IMG/VR virus record: IMGVR_UViG_2711768053_000001
Span: 1-6,717 of that record
DNA from: a virus
Lineage: Duplodnaviria > Heunggongvirae > Uroviricota > Caudoviricetes
DNA: 6,717 nt
Direction: 5' to 3' (one strand)
A program made the translations under genes and the position numbers. Shown one piece after another: positions 1-6,717 of this stretch (within the stretch, counting starts at the first letter, position 1; each line of letters begins with the position of its first letter). The notes beneath the pieces are model-generated. The model was given only the letters and a program-made list of their open reading frames with translations. It made no database searches and was not told where the DNA came from.

Positions 1-61
1 TGTGTTAGTCGTGTCGATCGCTGAGCTGTCGCCGCCTCTGGCCACGGTGCCGGTGTCGTGC

Positions 62-430
62 TCAGCCAGTGTCGTGGGACAGAACCAGCGGCAGACTGAT
101 TTCCAGCCATGCCACTTCATTTTCATCATCCACTTCGACGTCAACGGCTGGCGCATCCGGTGCCAGGCGCTGGCGCAGGTCGCCGCCGTTGTCTGCCAGC
201 CAGGCTTCAACCAGAGAAAACACCAAATCCGGATTCAGTTTGCGGTAGGGCCATGCGTCCCATCGCAGAAAAGCCGTATATTTTCGAACCTGCGTACATA
301 ACTGCCCGTGCCCCAGCGACTTCGTAAACGGAACAAGCGTGATGTCATCCATGTCACTGGTGAACGGAATGCGTGCGCGTGCCGGCAGATTGTTTTCAAT
401 GAATGCCGTCAGGCTGGCGAGTTGCGTCAT
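62..430 (-). CDS. Hypothetical late protein (122 aa) in the position of P2 tail gene X; function unknown
   Basis: Complete ORF with ATG at 428-430 and TGA at 62-64. The start lies 9 nt downstream of the gpL-like stop (TAA 440-442) and is preceded by an AAGGAA Shine-Dalgarno about 7 nt upstream, indicating translational coupling within the late operon. The protein has an acidic C-terminal tail (DVEVDDENEVAWLE), several Trp residues and no obvious hydrophobic transmembrane stretch, so it is unlikely to be the holin. It is about twice the ~67-aa length I recall for P2 gpX and I do not recognise a LysM-like pattern. Confidence 0.6.
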   Translation of the reverse strand: MTQLASLTAFIENNLPARARIPFTSDMDDITLVPFTKSLGHGQLCTQVRKYTAFLRWDAWPYRKLNPDLVFSLVEAWLADNGGDLRQRLAPDAPAVDVEVDDENEVAWLEISLPLVLSHDTG

Positions 431-439
431 ACCATTTCC

Positions 440-997
440 TTAATCAATCAGCGCGATGGATGCACGAGGTCGGCCCAGCAGCGCCCGCACCGCCATGGCC
501 GCTTCAGCCAGCAACGTCCGGCGGCTCTCGCTGGCTTCTGATGATGGCTGCGCCTCACGCCGCCCCACGCTGGCAGATTCCGGCAAAAGATCGGCCTTTG
601 CGCGGGCATACACAGCCTTGGTGTACAGTGCTGTAATGTGATTCTGCATCCGTTCAGGTTGTGCGCCTGTATTGCGCGGCTCTGGTTGCAACACGGTGTA
701 ACCCGGAATATCAGCGGCCCGGATGTGGCCCTGTTCCTGCCAGTATTCACGGCGTGCAGCCAGTTCAGTGTTAATCTCTGTTACCGCGCAAAGCAGCGCC
801 GTCAGCACCGTTTCGTGTGACGTGACGGCGGGGATGCTGCGGCTCTTTTCAAAATCGCCGGCATCAATATCCGGCCAGAATCCATCGTTCTGAATAATGG
901 CCTGCTGATAGTGAATGCTTTTCCCGTCAAACATGCTCACTCCGGGGAAAGGCGGGCTGACCGGTTTCCGCAGTGTGCTGATGGCTTTTGCCAGCAC
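440..997 (-). CDS. L: Head completion/stabilization protein, P2 gpL family
   Basis: ORF of 185 aa from a GTG start at 995-997, with stop TAA at 440-442. It sits directly downstream of the gpM-like gene as in P2, and carries an FWPDID motif resembling the FFPDID-type motif I recall in gpL-family proteins. The start is uncertain: an in-frame ATG at 932-934 with a well-spaced GGAG Shine-Dalgarno would give 164 aa. Confidence 0.8.
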   Translation of the reverse strand: MLAKAISTLRKPVSPPFPGVSMFDGKSIHYQQAIIQNDGFWPDIDAGDFEKSRSIPAVTSHETVLTALLCAVTEINTELAARREYWQEQGHIRAADIPGYTVLQPEPRNTGAQPERMQNHITALYTKAVYARAKADLLPESASVGRREAQPSSEASESRRTLLAEAAMAVRALLGRPRASIALID

Positions 998-1032
998 ACC
1001 TCCACCGCGCCCGCCCGGTTGTTGGGAGTCGT

Positions 1033-1743
1033 TTACGTGCCCTGCAACGCGCGCAGTCTTGCAGCAATGCGCTGGCGCAGGGTTTTCACCTGAATTTTTG
1101 GATGCAGCCAGGCAGCCCGCTCCAGATACTGATCAGCCTGTTGCAGTATCCCCGTATCATTAATTGCACTGGCCAGTGGTTTGCCGTCATCGCCGCGCAG
1201 CAGCTGGACGCCTGCAAAGCGCCAGTAGCGGGCAGCAAGACGTTCATTCACACGCCATTTGTCGCGGATTTTTTCAAACACCTGCTGAAAATATGGCGCG
1301 ATACTGTTCCCGCGTTCAGCTTCGGTTTCTGCCCATTCAAGAATGAAATGGGCCACAAACGTTGGCAGCTCGCTTTTGAAGTTCTCCGGCGTCTTCTGTC
1401 CCTGCTCAATGGCAATGTCAGTCCACCGCAGCGCCAGCTCAAACTGCCCGGTATCGAACAGCCAGATGATGCAGTACACCAGAATGGGATTCTGATAGAC
1501 GCGTTCCCCCTCCAGATAAGCCTGTGCGTGTGGCAGCCAGCGGGGCAGCAGCGTGTTCCGTTTGAATTCCAGCTTGTCAGACAGCAGCTCCATGTTGTGC
1601 AGTTGTCTGATGTCGTTATCCAGTGCCAGCAGCTTAATGTGCTGACTCTCTGTGCTGATGGCGCGTCCGTCCGTTCTGGTCATGAGCGCCGCACGGCGCT
1701 CATCCATCTGTCGGGCACGTTGTCGCTGCATTGGCGTTGGCAT
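1033..1743 (-). CDS. M: Terminase small (endonuclease) subunit, P2 gpM family
   Basis: ORF of 236 aa (P2 gpM is about 247 aa) with ATG at 1741-1743 preceded by a GGAG Shine-Dalgarno. It lies immediately downstream of the capsid gene (17-nt gap), matching P2 order O-N-M-L. The N-terminus MPTPMQRQRARQ resembles the gpM N-terminus as I recall it. Confidence 0.85.
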   Translation of the reverse strand: MPTPMQRQRARQMDERRAALMTRTDGRAISTESQHIKLLALDNDIRQLHNMELLSDKLEFKRNTLLPRWLPHAQAYLEGERVYQNPILVYCIIWLFDTGQFELALRWTDIAIEQGQKTPENFKSELPTFVAHFILEWAETEAERGNSIAPYFQQVFEKIRDKWRVNERLAARYWRFAGVQLLRGDDGKPLASAINDTGILQQADQYLERAAWLHPKIQVKTLRQRIAARLRALQGT

Positions 1744-1760
1744 ACCGTGCGCTCCGTTTA

Positions 1761-2774
1761 TCAGGCGATGGTGACCGCAGACTCATCCACGGCAGCATAT
1801 AAATCCGGATCGCCCAGGGCGTACCCCTCGTAACGCCAGTATGAGTTTTCGAACTGTTTGCGATCGCCCACATCTTCCGCTTTACGACGGCGGGAACCCT
1901 TCAGCGTCAGGATCTGCAGGTTTGGCAGCATGGTCACCACCATACGCTTACCCGGCATAAACGGCGGAATGATGGCCTTGCGGCCTGCGATGTTCTTCGT
2001 CAGCAACTGTGCGGCCACTTTTTCGGTGGGCTTGTCCTCTTTGTTGTAGAGGCGTAGTTCTTCAGCAGCCACAAGGTCTGCGCCAACCAGCACAGTAAGG
2101 CGAGGATCGTTGTGATATTGCGCCGGGATATAAGTGCGGATCAGGTCTGAGGCCATGGCATCAAGGCCGACATAATCACCGCCTTCGCCCAGGGTAACGG
2201 CGTCCGTCAGAATACGGGAGGTATTGCCGGGCTGTTCTCCCCACTTTTTGGCGATTTCATGCCAGCCGATGTTGACGTCTTCGCCGTTCGGGTGACTTTC
2301 CGGGTCAGAGTTTTCAGCAGCCTCTTTGCCGTTAAAGCCAATGCGCAGCATGTCCAGCGCAAAGTTGGTGACGGCGGCGGAGTTCATCAGGTTGAAAAAT
2401 TCCTGCGGGCTGCCGGCATTCGCCCAGATGGCGAGTTGTTCCCAGGTGATCACGCAGCAGGAATCGGTTTCAACGAGTTTAAATTCGTTGCCTTTGATGC
2501 CCGAACCTTTAGCGAAACGACCGCTTTTCACGCGACCGGTGCGCAGCGTGGATTCGCCCACGGTGACGACCTGCCCTTGCGGGTGCGGAACGTCCATGCA
2601 GGTGATGAAACTCAGAAATTCCGTGCTTTCCAGCAGGGCTTTACGCAGGGCAATGCTGCGCGGTTCGGTCAGTGAAAAGTAACGATCGCTCGAGCGTTCG
2701 CAGTCACTGAATGTTTTTTGCAGTTCGCTGATATAGCGATTAACCAGCTTTTGTGCTTCTGGTGTGAAATTCAT
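1761..2774 (-). CDS. N: Major capsid protein, P2 gpN family
   Basis: ORF of 337 aa (P2 gpN is about 357 aa) with ATG at 2772-2774 and a GGAG Shine-Dalgarno. Internal motifs IGFNGKEAAENSD and GEGGDYVGLDAM correspond to gpN-family segments I recall (FNG...ETSD and GKGGDY.SLDA). It sits between the scaffold and small terminase genes. Confidence 0.9.
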   Translation of the reverse strand: MNFTPEAQKLVNRYISELQKTFSDCERSSDRYFSLTEPRSIALRKALLESTEFLSFITCMDVPHPQGQVVTVGESTLRTGRVKSGRFAKGSGIKGNEFKLVETDSCCVITWEQLAIWANAGSPQEFFNLMNSAAVTNFALDMLRIGFNGKEAAENSDPESHPNGEDVNIGWHEIAKKWGEQPGNTSRILTDAVTLGEGGDYVGLDAMASDLIRTYIPAQYHNDPRLTVLVGADLVAAEELRLYNKEDKPTEKVAAQLLTKNIAGRKAIIPPFMPGKRMVVTMLPNLQILTLKGSRRRKAEDVGDRKQFENSYWRYEGYALGDPDLYAAVDESAVTIA

Positions 2775-2788
2775 TGCGCTCTCTCCGG

Positions 2789-3679
2789 TTACACCAGGTT
2801 AAAAGTTTCGCCACCGGCCGGATTGTTGCCCGGCAGCTTCGTGGCGTCCTTGCTGAGTTCAGCAAATGCGGTTTCCATACTGGTAACCTTCTCCGCGATG
2901 GCGTTCACCGTGGAGAACAGCTTTTCGCCCTGCCCGGTGGGCAGCGTGAAGGTTTTGTCGTCCTTGTTGTTCTGTTCTGCGTTGTCCTGCCCCTGATCGC
3001 CAGTGCTGCCTTCCGGCTTGTTATCACCGGTATCTTTCGGGGCATCCTTCGCGCTGAACTGCGCGACGTTTTCTTCCAGTTTTTCCAGGCGTTCGCCGGT
3101 TTTGTTGATGGCGTCCATCAACTGACCGAACTGTTTTTCGTTCATATCGTTTTCCTGTTTGCAGGGTTCGGATGAGAATAATCGTGAGAACCACCCCTTT
3201 TTTGCTATCTCGTCATCTGACTGTAATGTGAAGCAAAGCTCTTCCATACTTCCCATGCGAATGGTTTCGCCCTGGGAAAACTGCAGGCGGGTGGTGTTGA
3301 TGCTGGCCGGTGTGTCAGTCACGGCGATACCGGATACAAAGAATTTGCCTGTTCCCAGGTAGTTTTCCTTTACCTCTATGGAGGTGAAAAGTTTTTGCCC
3401 GGCCTCGTTGGCTTCGGTCAGAAAGCGGTTGGGTATCAGGCGGGCTTTCAGCTGCACTTTATCGCCGACTTTTTCCGCCTTCAGTGCATCAACAAGACCA
3501 TAGTTATTGGTGAAAGCACGCCAGCCGGCGCTGGCATGAAACGGCCAGAGCATGGCGGTGTGTTCGTCCGGGTTATAAACCTCGGCGGCATCCGTAAGCC
3601 ACTTTGGATCAATTTCCCGACCGTCGATGGTGGGGCCTGAAGTGGCTACGACCACCCAGTCTGTTTTCAGTTTCGACAT
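2789..3679 (-). CDS. O: Capsid scaffolding protein with N-terminal protease domain, P2 gpO family
   Basis: ORF of 296 aa (P2 gpO is about 284 aa) with ATG at 3677-3679. It is the first gene of the leftward late operon, as in P2. Asp19 (TIDGR) and His48 (WPFHAS) fall at the positions reported for the gpO catalytic triad, with candidate Ser at S100 (FTSIEV) or S116 (FVSGIAVTD). The C-terminal half has a low-complexity acidic/polar linker followed by a helical-looking region, as expected for a scaffold domain. Confidence 0.9.
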   Translation of the reverse strand: MSKLKTDWVVVATSGPTIDGREIDPKWLTDAAEVYNPDEHTAMLWPFHASAGWRAFTNNYGLVDALKAEKVGDKVQLKARLIPNRFLTEANEAGQKLFTSIEVKENYLGTGKFFVSGIAVTDTPASINTTRLQFSQGETIRMGSMEELCFTLQSDDEIAKKGWFSRLFSSEPCKQENDMNEKQFGQLMDAINKTGERLEKLEENVAQFSAKDAPKDTGDNKPEGSTGDQGQDNAEQNNKDDKTFTLPTGQGEKLFSTVNAIAEKVTSMETAFAELSKDATKLPGNNPAGGETFNLV

Positions 3680-3873
3680 CTGAATTAACCCGCTGATAAA
3701 AATTAAACTGGCGTTATTTAACGGAGAAATGAAAATGTCGTCATCTGATTAATTTCCGGTACTTTCGGATATGCGTATATATCCGAAAAATACCGAAAAG
3801 CGATATTCGTTTTTAAAAAAGCCTTTGCTGAAAATGCATAAATTAAAATTGCATCAGCAGGTGAGGTTTATTT
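3680..3873. promoter_or_regulatory. Divergent late-promoter region between the O-N-M-L operon (leftward) and the P-Q operon (rightward)
   Basis: This is the only substantial non-coding stretch in the window, 194 bp and AT-rich, flanked by divergently oriented start codons (3677-3679 minus, 3874-3876 plus). It contains -10-like hexamers, for example TAAAAT at 3844-3849 upstream of P and TAAATA/TTTTAT-type elements on the minus strand upstream of O. A GGTGAGG Shine-Dalgarno lies 7 nt before the P start. Exact promoters are not determinable from sequence alone. Confidence 0.55.
3763..3788. promoter_or_regulatory. Perfect 10-bp inverted repeat TTTCGGATAT-N6-ATATCCGAAA, a candidate activator or operator site
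   Basis: Arms at 3763-3772 and 3779-3788 are exact reverse complements, separated by spacer GCGTAT. A third CCGAAAA copy lies at 3793-3799, so CCGAAA-type motifs are centred about 20 and 10 bp apart, consistent with helical phasing. The repeat sits roughly 50-90 bp upstream of the likely start sites of both divergent operons. Confidence 0.4.
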
Positions 3874-5661
3874 ATGGCGTATTCTGATGAGGTGATTGCT
3901 GCTGCAAAATCGCTCTATCTGAAAAGGCACACACCAAAAGAAATACAAAAGAAGCTCGGACTGAACAGCCCGCGAATTGTTTATTACTGGGCGACAAAGT
4001 TTGAGTGGTACACACAGCTTAATACTGAAGGCGTGGAAGATGTTATCGCCCGTCGTCTCGCTGTACTGGCGGAGCGTGATCATAAAACGCCGGAAGAACA
4101 CGATGAACTCGATCGCCTGATTGGCCATCACGTCAAACTGATGTCGGTCAGGAACAAGCACACGGAACGAATGGCCGAGATTGAACGAATGGGAGCGGAT
4201 ATTCCCCAGTCTGGTCGTTATGGAAAAGAAGAACGCGGAGAAAAAGGTGCAGGCAAGAAAGAGCGCCCCCGTAAAGCTAATGACGTTTCCGGACTGACTG
4301 CTGAAAGTTTTGAGCCGTTTACGAAGAAACTGTTTGCTTATCAGTTGCGCCTGCGTGAAAACAAATTCCGCCGTGTACGCAATCTGCTTAAATCCCGCCA
4401 GATTGGGGCGACGTATTACTTCGCGTTTGAGGCGTTTGAAGATGCGGTATTAACCGGCGACACACAGATATTTTTATCGGCATCAAAACGTCAGGCCGAA
4501 GTGTTCCGTACTTATATTGTAAAAATTGCACAAACAGAGTTTGGCATTCCTATTAAAGGCAATCCGGTTAAGTTAAGCAACCTGGCTGAACTGTATTTTC
4601 TGGCGACCAACAGTAACACAGCGCAGTCAAACAGCGGCCACCTGTATATTGATGAATACCTGTGGATCCCCGGTTTTCGCCGTCTCAATGAAGTGGCATC
4701 AGGGATGGCCACCCATAAACACTGGCGCATTACCTATTTCTCCACGCCGTCATCCAAAACACACCAGGGTTACCCGTTCTGGTCTGGCGATGAATGGCGC
4801 AAAGGCGATCCGAAACGAAAAGGGGTTGAGTTTCCATCCTTTGATGAGCTGCGCGATGGCGGGCGTGAATGTCCGGATGGTCAGTGGCGCTATGTGGTTA
4901 CGCTGGAAGATGCCATTGCCGGCGGCTTTAACCTTGCTGATATCAACGAGCTGCGCGAGCGATACAACGAAACAGCGTTCAATATGCTGTTTATGTGTGT
5001 GTTTGTGGATGACAAAGAGAGCGTCTTTAAATTCGATGATCTTGTGCGTTGTGGTGTTGATGTCAGTACGTGGGAGGATTTTCACCCGGAAGAGCCCATG
5101 CCATTTGGTAACCGTGAGGTGTGGGGCGGCTTTGACCCTGCGCGCTCCGGCGATAACGCCACATTTGTTGTGCTGGCACCGCCGCTGGTTGCGGCAGAAC
5201 GATTCCGCGTGCTGGAAAAACACCACTGGCGCAGCATGTCATTCCAGTTTATGGCAGAGCGTATCCGCAGCATTAAGGCGCGCTATAACATGACATTTAT
5301 CGGCATTGACGTTACTGGTCTTGGCTACGGTGTCTTTGAGCTGGTTCAGGGATTTGCCCGCCGTGAAACAGTGGCCATTCATTACAGCGTGGAATCCAAA
5401 AACCGCCTGGTGATGAAGATGCTGGATCTGGTTTACGCCAACCGTATTGAGTGGGATGAAGAAGCCACGGATATTCCGGCATCGTTCCTGGCTATTCGTC
5501 AGGAATCCACCAACAGCGGCAATAAAGTCACTTTCACCGCCGAACGTAGCGAAGAAACCGGGCACGCTGACATCTTCTTTGCCATAGCTCATGCCGCAAG
5601 TAATGAACCCCTGAACTATAAGCACAAGCGCAAATCAACATGGATCCTGTCAGATGAGTAA
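3874..5661 (+). CDS. P: Terminase large (ATPase) subunit, P2 gpP family
   Basis: ORF of 595 aa (P2 gpP is about 590 aa) with ATG at 3874 and a GGTGAGG Shine-Dalgarno. Segments SRQIGATYYFAFEA, IFLSASKRQAEVFR, FLATNSNTAQSNSGHLYIDEY and WIPGFRRLNEVASGMATH match conserved gpP-family segments as I recall them. It is followed by the portal gene with an overlapping stop/start. Confidence 0.93.
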   Translation: MAYSDEVIAAAKSLYLKRHTPKEIQKKLGLNSPRIVYYWATKFEWYTQLNTEGVEDVIARRLAVLAERDHKTPEEHDELDRLIGHHVKLMSVRNKHTERMAEIERMGADIPQSGRYGKEERGEKGAGKKERPRKANDVSGLTAESFEPFTKKLFAYQLRLRENKFRRVRNLLKSRQIGATYYFAFEAFEDAVLTGDTQIFLSASKRQAEVFRTYIVKIAQTEFGIPIKGNPVKLSNLAELYFLATNSNTAQSNSGHLYIDEYLWIPGFRRLNEVASGMATHKHWRITYFSTPSSKTHQGYPFWSGDEWRKGDPKRKGVEFPSFDELRDGGRECPDGQWRYVVTLEDAIAGGFNLADINELRERYNETAFNMLFMCVFVDDKESVFKFDDLVRCGVDVSTWEDFHPEEPMPFGNREVWGGFDPARSGDNATFVVLAPPLVAAERFRVLEKHHWRSMSFQFMAERIRSIKARYNMTFIGIDVTGLGYGVFELVQGFARRETVAIHYSVESKNRLVMKMLDLVYANRIEWDEEATDIPASFLAIRQESTNSGNKVTFTAERSEETGHADIFFAIAHAASNEPLNYKHKRKSTWILSDE

Positions 5662-6688
5662 AAAGAAAAAATACCCCGTGTTACACGATGGCGTGGCAAA
5701 AAAAACAGCCAGCAAAATGACTTTTATTGAATTTGGTGACCCGGAACCGGTCGCTGCATGGGGCTGTTATTACGGCTCGCTCTGGGATGGCTATAACGGC
5801 TGGTACACGCCGCCCATTGAGCGCATGGATCTCGCCATGTTGTCCAATATCGCACCGTATCACGGCGCGGTATTGCGTGCGCGCGTCAATATGATCATGC
5901 AGGGTTTTCGGGGTGGTGGTGGTATGACACACGCCGCCATGGCGGCAGCAGTAACCAATCTGCTGATATTCGGGGATATGGGGTTGCTTAAAGTGCGCAA
6001 TGGCTTCGGTCGAGTGGTGCGCCTGCATACGTTACCTTCTCTGTACCTGCGGCGTAACAACGAGGGTGGCACGGTGATTGTGCAGGCGGCACTGGAAGAT
6101 CTCGTTTACCCGCCAGGCGAAGTGGTGTTCGTGGCCATTTATGACCCGCAACAGCAGGTTTACGGTGTCCCGGATTATATTCACGGGATGGAATCCGCCA
6201 TGCTGAATGTGGATGCCACCCGCTTTCGCCGCAAGTATTACAAGAACGGCGCACATCTTGGTTATATCCTGTATTCCACTGACCCGGACATGGATCCCGA
6301 GCTCGAGGCGGAATTCCGTAAAAAGATAGAGGCGTCAAAAGGGGCGGGCAATTTTAAATCCATGTTTATCAATATACCGGGCGGAGACAAAGAAGGCGTT
6401 AAGGTGATCCCTATCGGGGATTCAGGTACAAAAGATGAGTTCCTGAATATAAAAACCATCAGTGCCCAGGATCAGCTCGTTGCGCACCGTTTCCCACCCG
6501 GACTTGCCGGCATCATTCCCGCAAATACGGCCGGGCTTGGTGACCCACTGAAATCCCGCGAGGCATATTACAGGGATGAGGTTATCCCGATGCGCCGCCT
6601 GATTATGGAGGGGATCAACAGCGACCCGGATATCAGACGACTGGGGGAGGTGAAATTTATTCTTGATTTTGATGAACCCATGGAGTGA
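5654..6688 (+). CDS. Q: Portal (capsid portal vertex) protein, P2 gpQ family
   Basis: ORF of 344 aa, the same length as P2 gpQ. Its start overlaps the gpP stop (ATGAGTAA). It has a Lys-rich N-terminus followed by MTFIEFGDPEPV, and the C-terminal segment KDEFLNIKTISAQDQLVAHRFPPGLAGIIPANTAGLGDP matches the gpQ family as I recall it. Confidence 0.93.
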   Translation: MSKKKKYPVLHDGVAKKTASKMTFIEFGDPEPVAAWGCYYGSLWDGYNGWYTPPIERMDLAMLSNIAPYHGAVLRARVNMIMQGFRGGGGMTHAAMAAAVTNLLIFGDMGLLKVRNGFGRVVRLHTLPSLYLRRNNEGGTVIVQAALEDLVYPPGEVVFVAIYDPQQQVYGVPDYIHGMESAMLNVDATRFRRKYYKNGAHLGYILYSTDPDMDPELEAEFRKKIEASKGAGNFKSMFINIPGGDKEGVKVIPIGDSGTKDEFLNIKTISAQDQLVAHRFPPGLAGIIPANTAGLGDPLKSREAYYRDEVIPMRRLIMEGINSDPDIRRLGEVKFILDFDEPME

Positions 6689-6717
6689 TGTGCGGTATGG
6701 GGAAAGAGCGGGTAAAA

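Noticed and set aside
2-301. Plus-strand ORF of 99 aa at the left edge (also 109..327 and 308..541)
   Set aside because: Antisense to the 122-aa late ORF, which has a strong Shine-Dalgarno and operon context. The plus-strand products are Arg/Pro/Ala-rich, low-complexity translations.
988-1833. Plus-strand ORF of 281 aa
   Set aside because: It lies entirely antisense to the gpM-like and part of the gpN-like genes. Long antisense ORFs like this are expected in GC-rich coding DNA, and it has no convincing ribosome-binding site and no recognisable protein features.
2259-2682. Two overlapping plus-strand ORFs (138 and 118 aa)
   Set aside because: Both are antisense to the major capsid gene, whose product carries recognisable capsid-family motifs. 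They are most likely spurious.
3729-3752. Mini-ORF ATG AAA ATG TCG TCA TCT GAT TAA (MKMSSSD) in the intergenic region, preceded by GGAG
   Set aside because: Seven codons in AT-rich promoter DNA is most likely chance. A leader-peptide role cannot be supported from sequence alone.
3680-3873. Search for an Ogr/Delta-type TGT-N12-ACA late-activator dyad
   Set aside because: No match on either strand. This is reported as an absence in the findings rather than as a feature.
4649-5293. Plus-strand ORF of 214 aa in an alternative frame, and minus-strand ORFs 4750..5226 and 5239..5625
   Set aside because: All lie inside the terminase large-subunit gene. Their products are Cys/Arg-rich low-complexity sequences, and there is no evidence for overlapping genes.
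5681-6459. Several minus-strand ORFs (65-116 aa) inside the portal gene
   Set aside because: Antisense to a well-supported portal coding sequence, with no ribosome-binding sites or recognisable features.
1-6717. Defence system, toxin-antitoxin pair, integrase, IS element, tRNA or CRISPR array
   Set aside because: None seen. Every substantial ORF is accounted for by the capsid and packaging module, there are no repeat-spacer arrays or terminal inverted repeats, and the only non-coding region is the 194-bp divergent promoter.

Overview
This window is the head-morphogenesis and DNA-packaging module of a P2-like (Peduovirus-type) temperate phage or prophage, in reverse orientation relative to the conventional P2 map. 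Seven tightly packed genes form two divergent late operons around a 194-bp AT-rich intergenic region (3680..3873). The leftward operon (minus strand) encodes scaffold/protease gpO, major capsid gpN, terminase small subunit gpM, head-completion gpL and an unrecognised 122-aa ORF in the slot where P2 carries tail gene X. The rightward operon (plus strand) encodes terminase large subunit gpP and portal gpQ, overlapping by 8 nt. Family assignments rest on gene order, protein sizes and motifs I recall from P2 proteins; no database search was run. I see no rRNA, tRNA, CRISPR array, IS element or integrase, and no convincing evidence of a novel multi-gene system. The two items that the canonical layout does not explain are the 122-aa ORF (62..430) and the repeat architecture of the divergent promoter region, which lacks a canonical Ogr-type TGT-N12-ACA site. 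By P2 synteny, the cos site and the variable accessory region would lie just beyond the right edge of the window.
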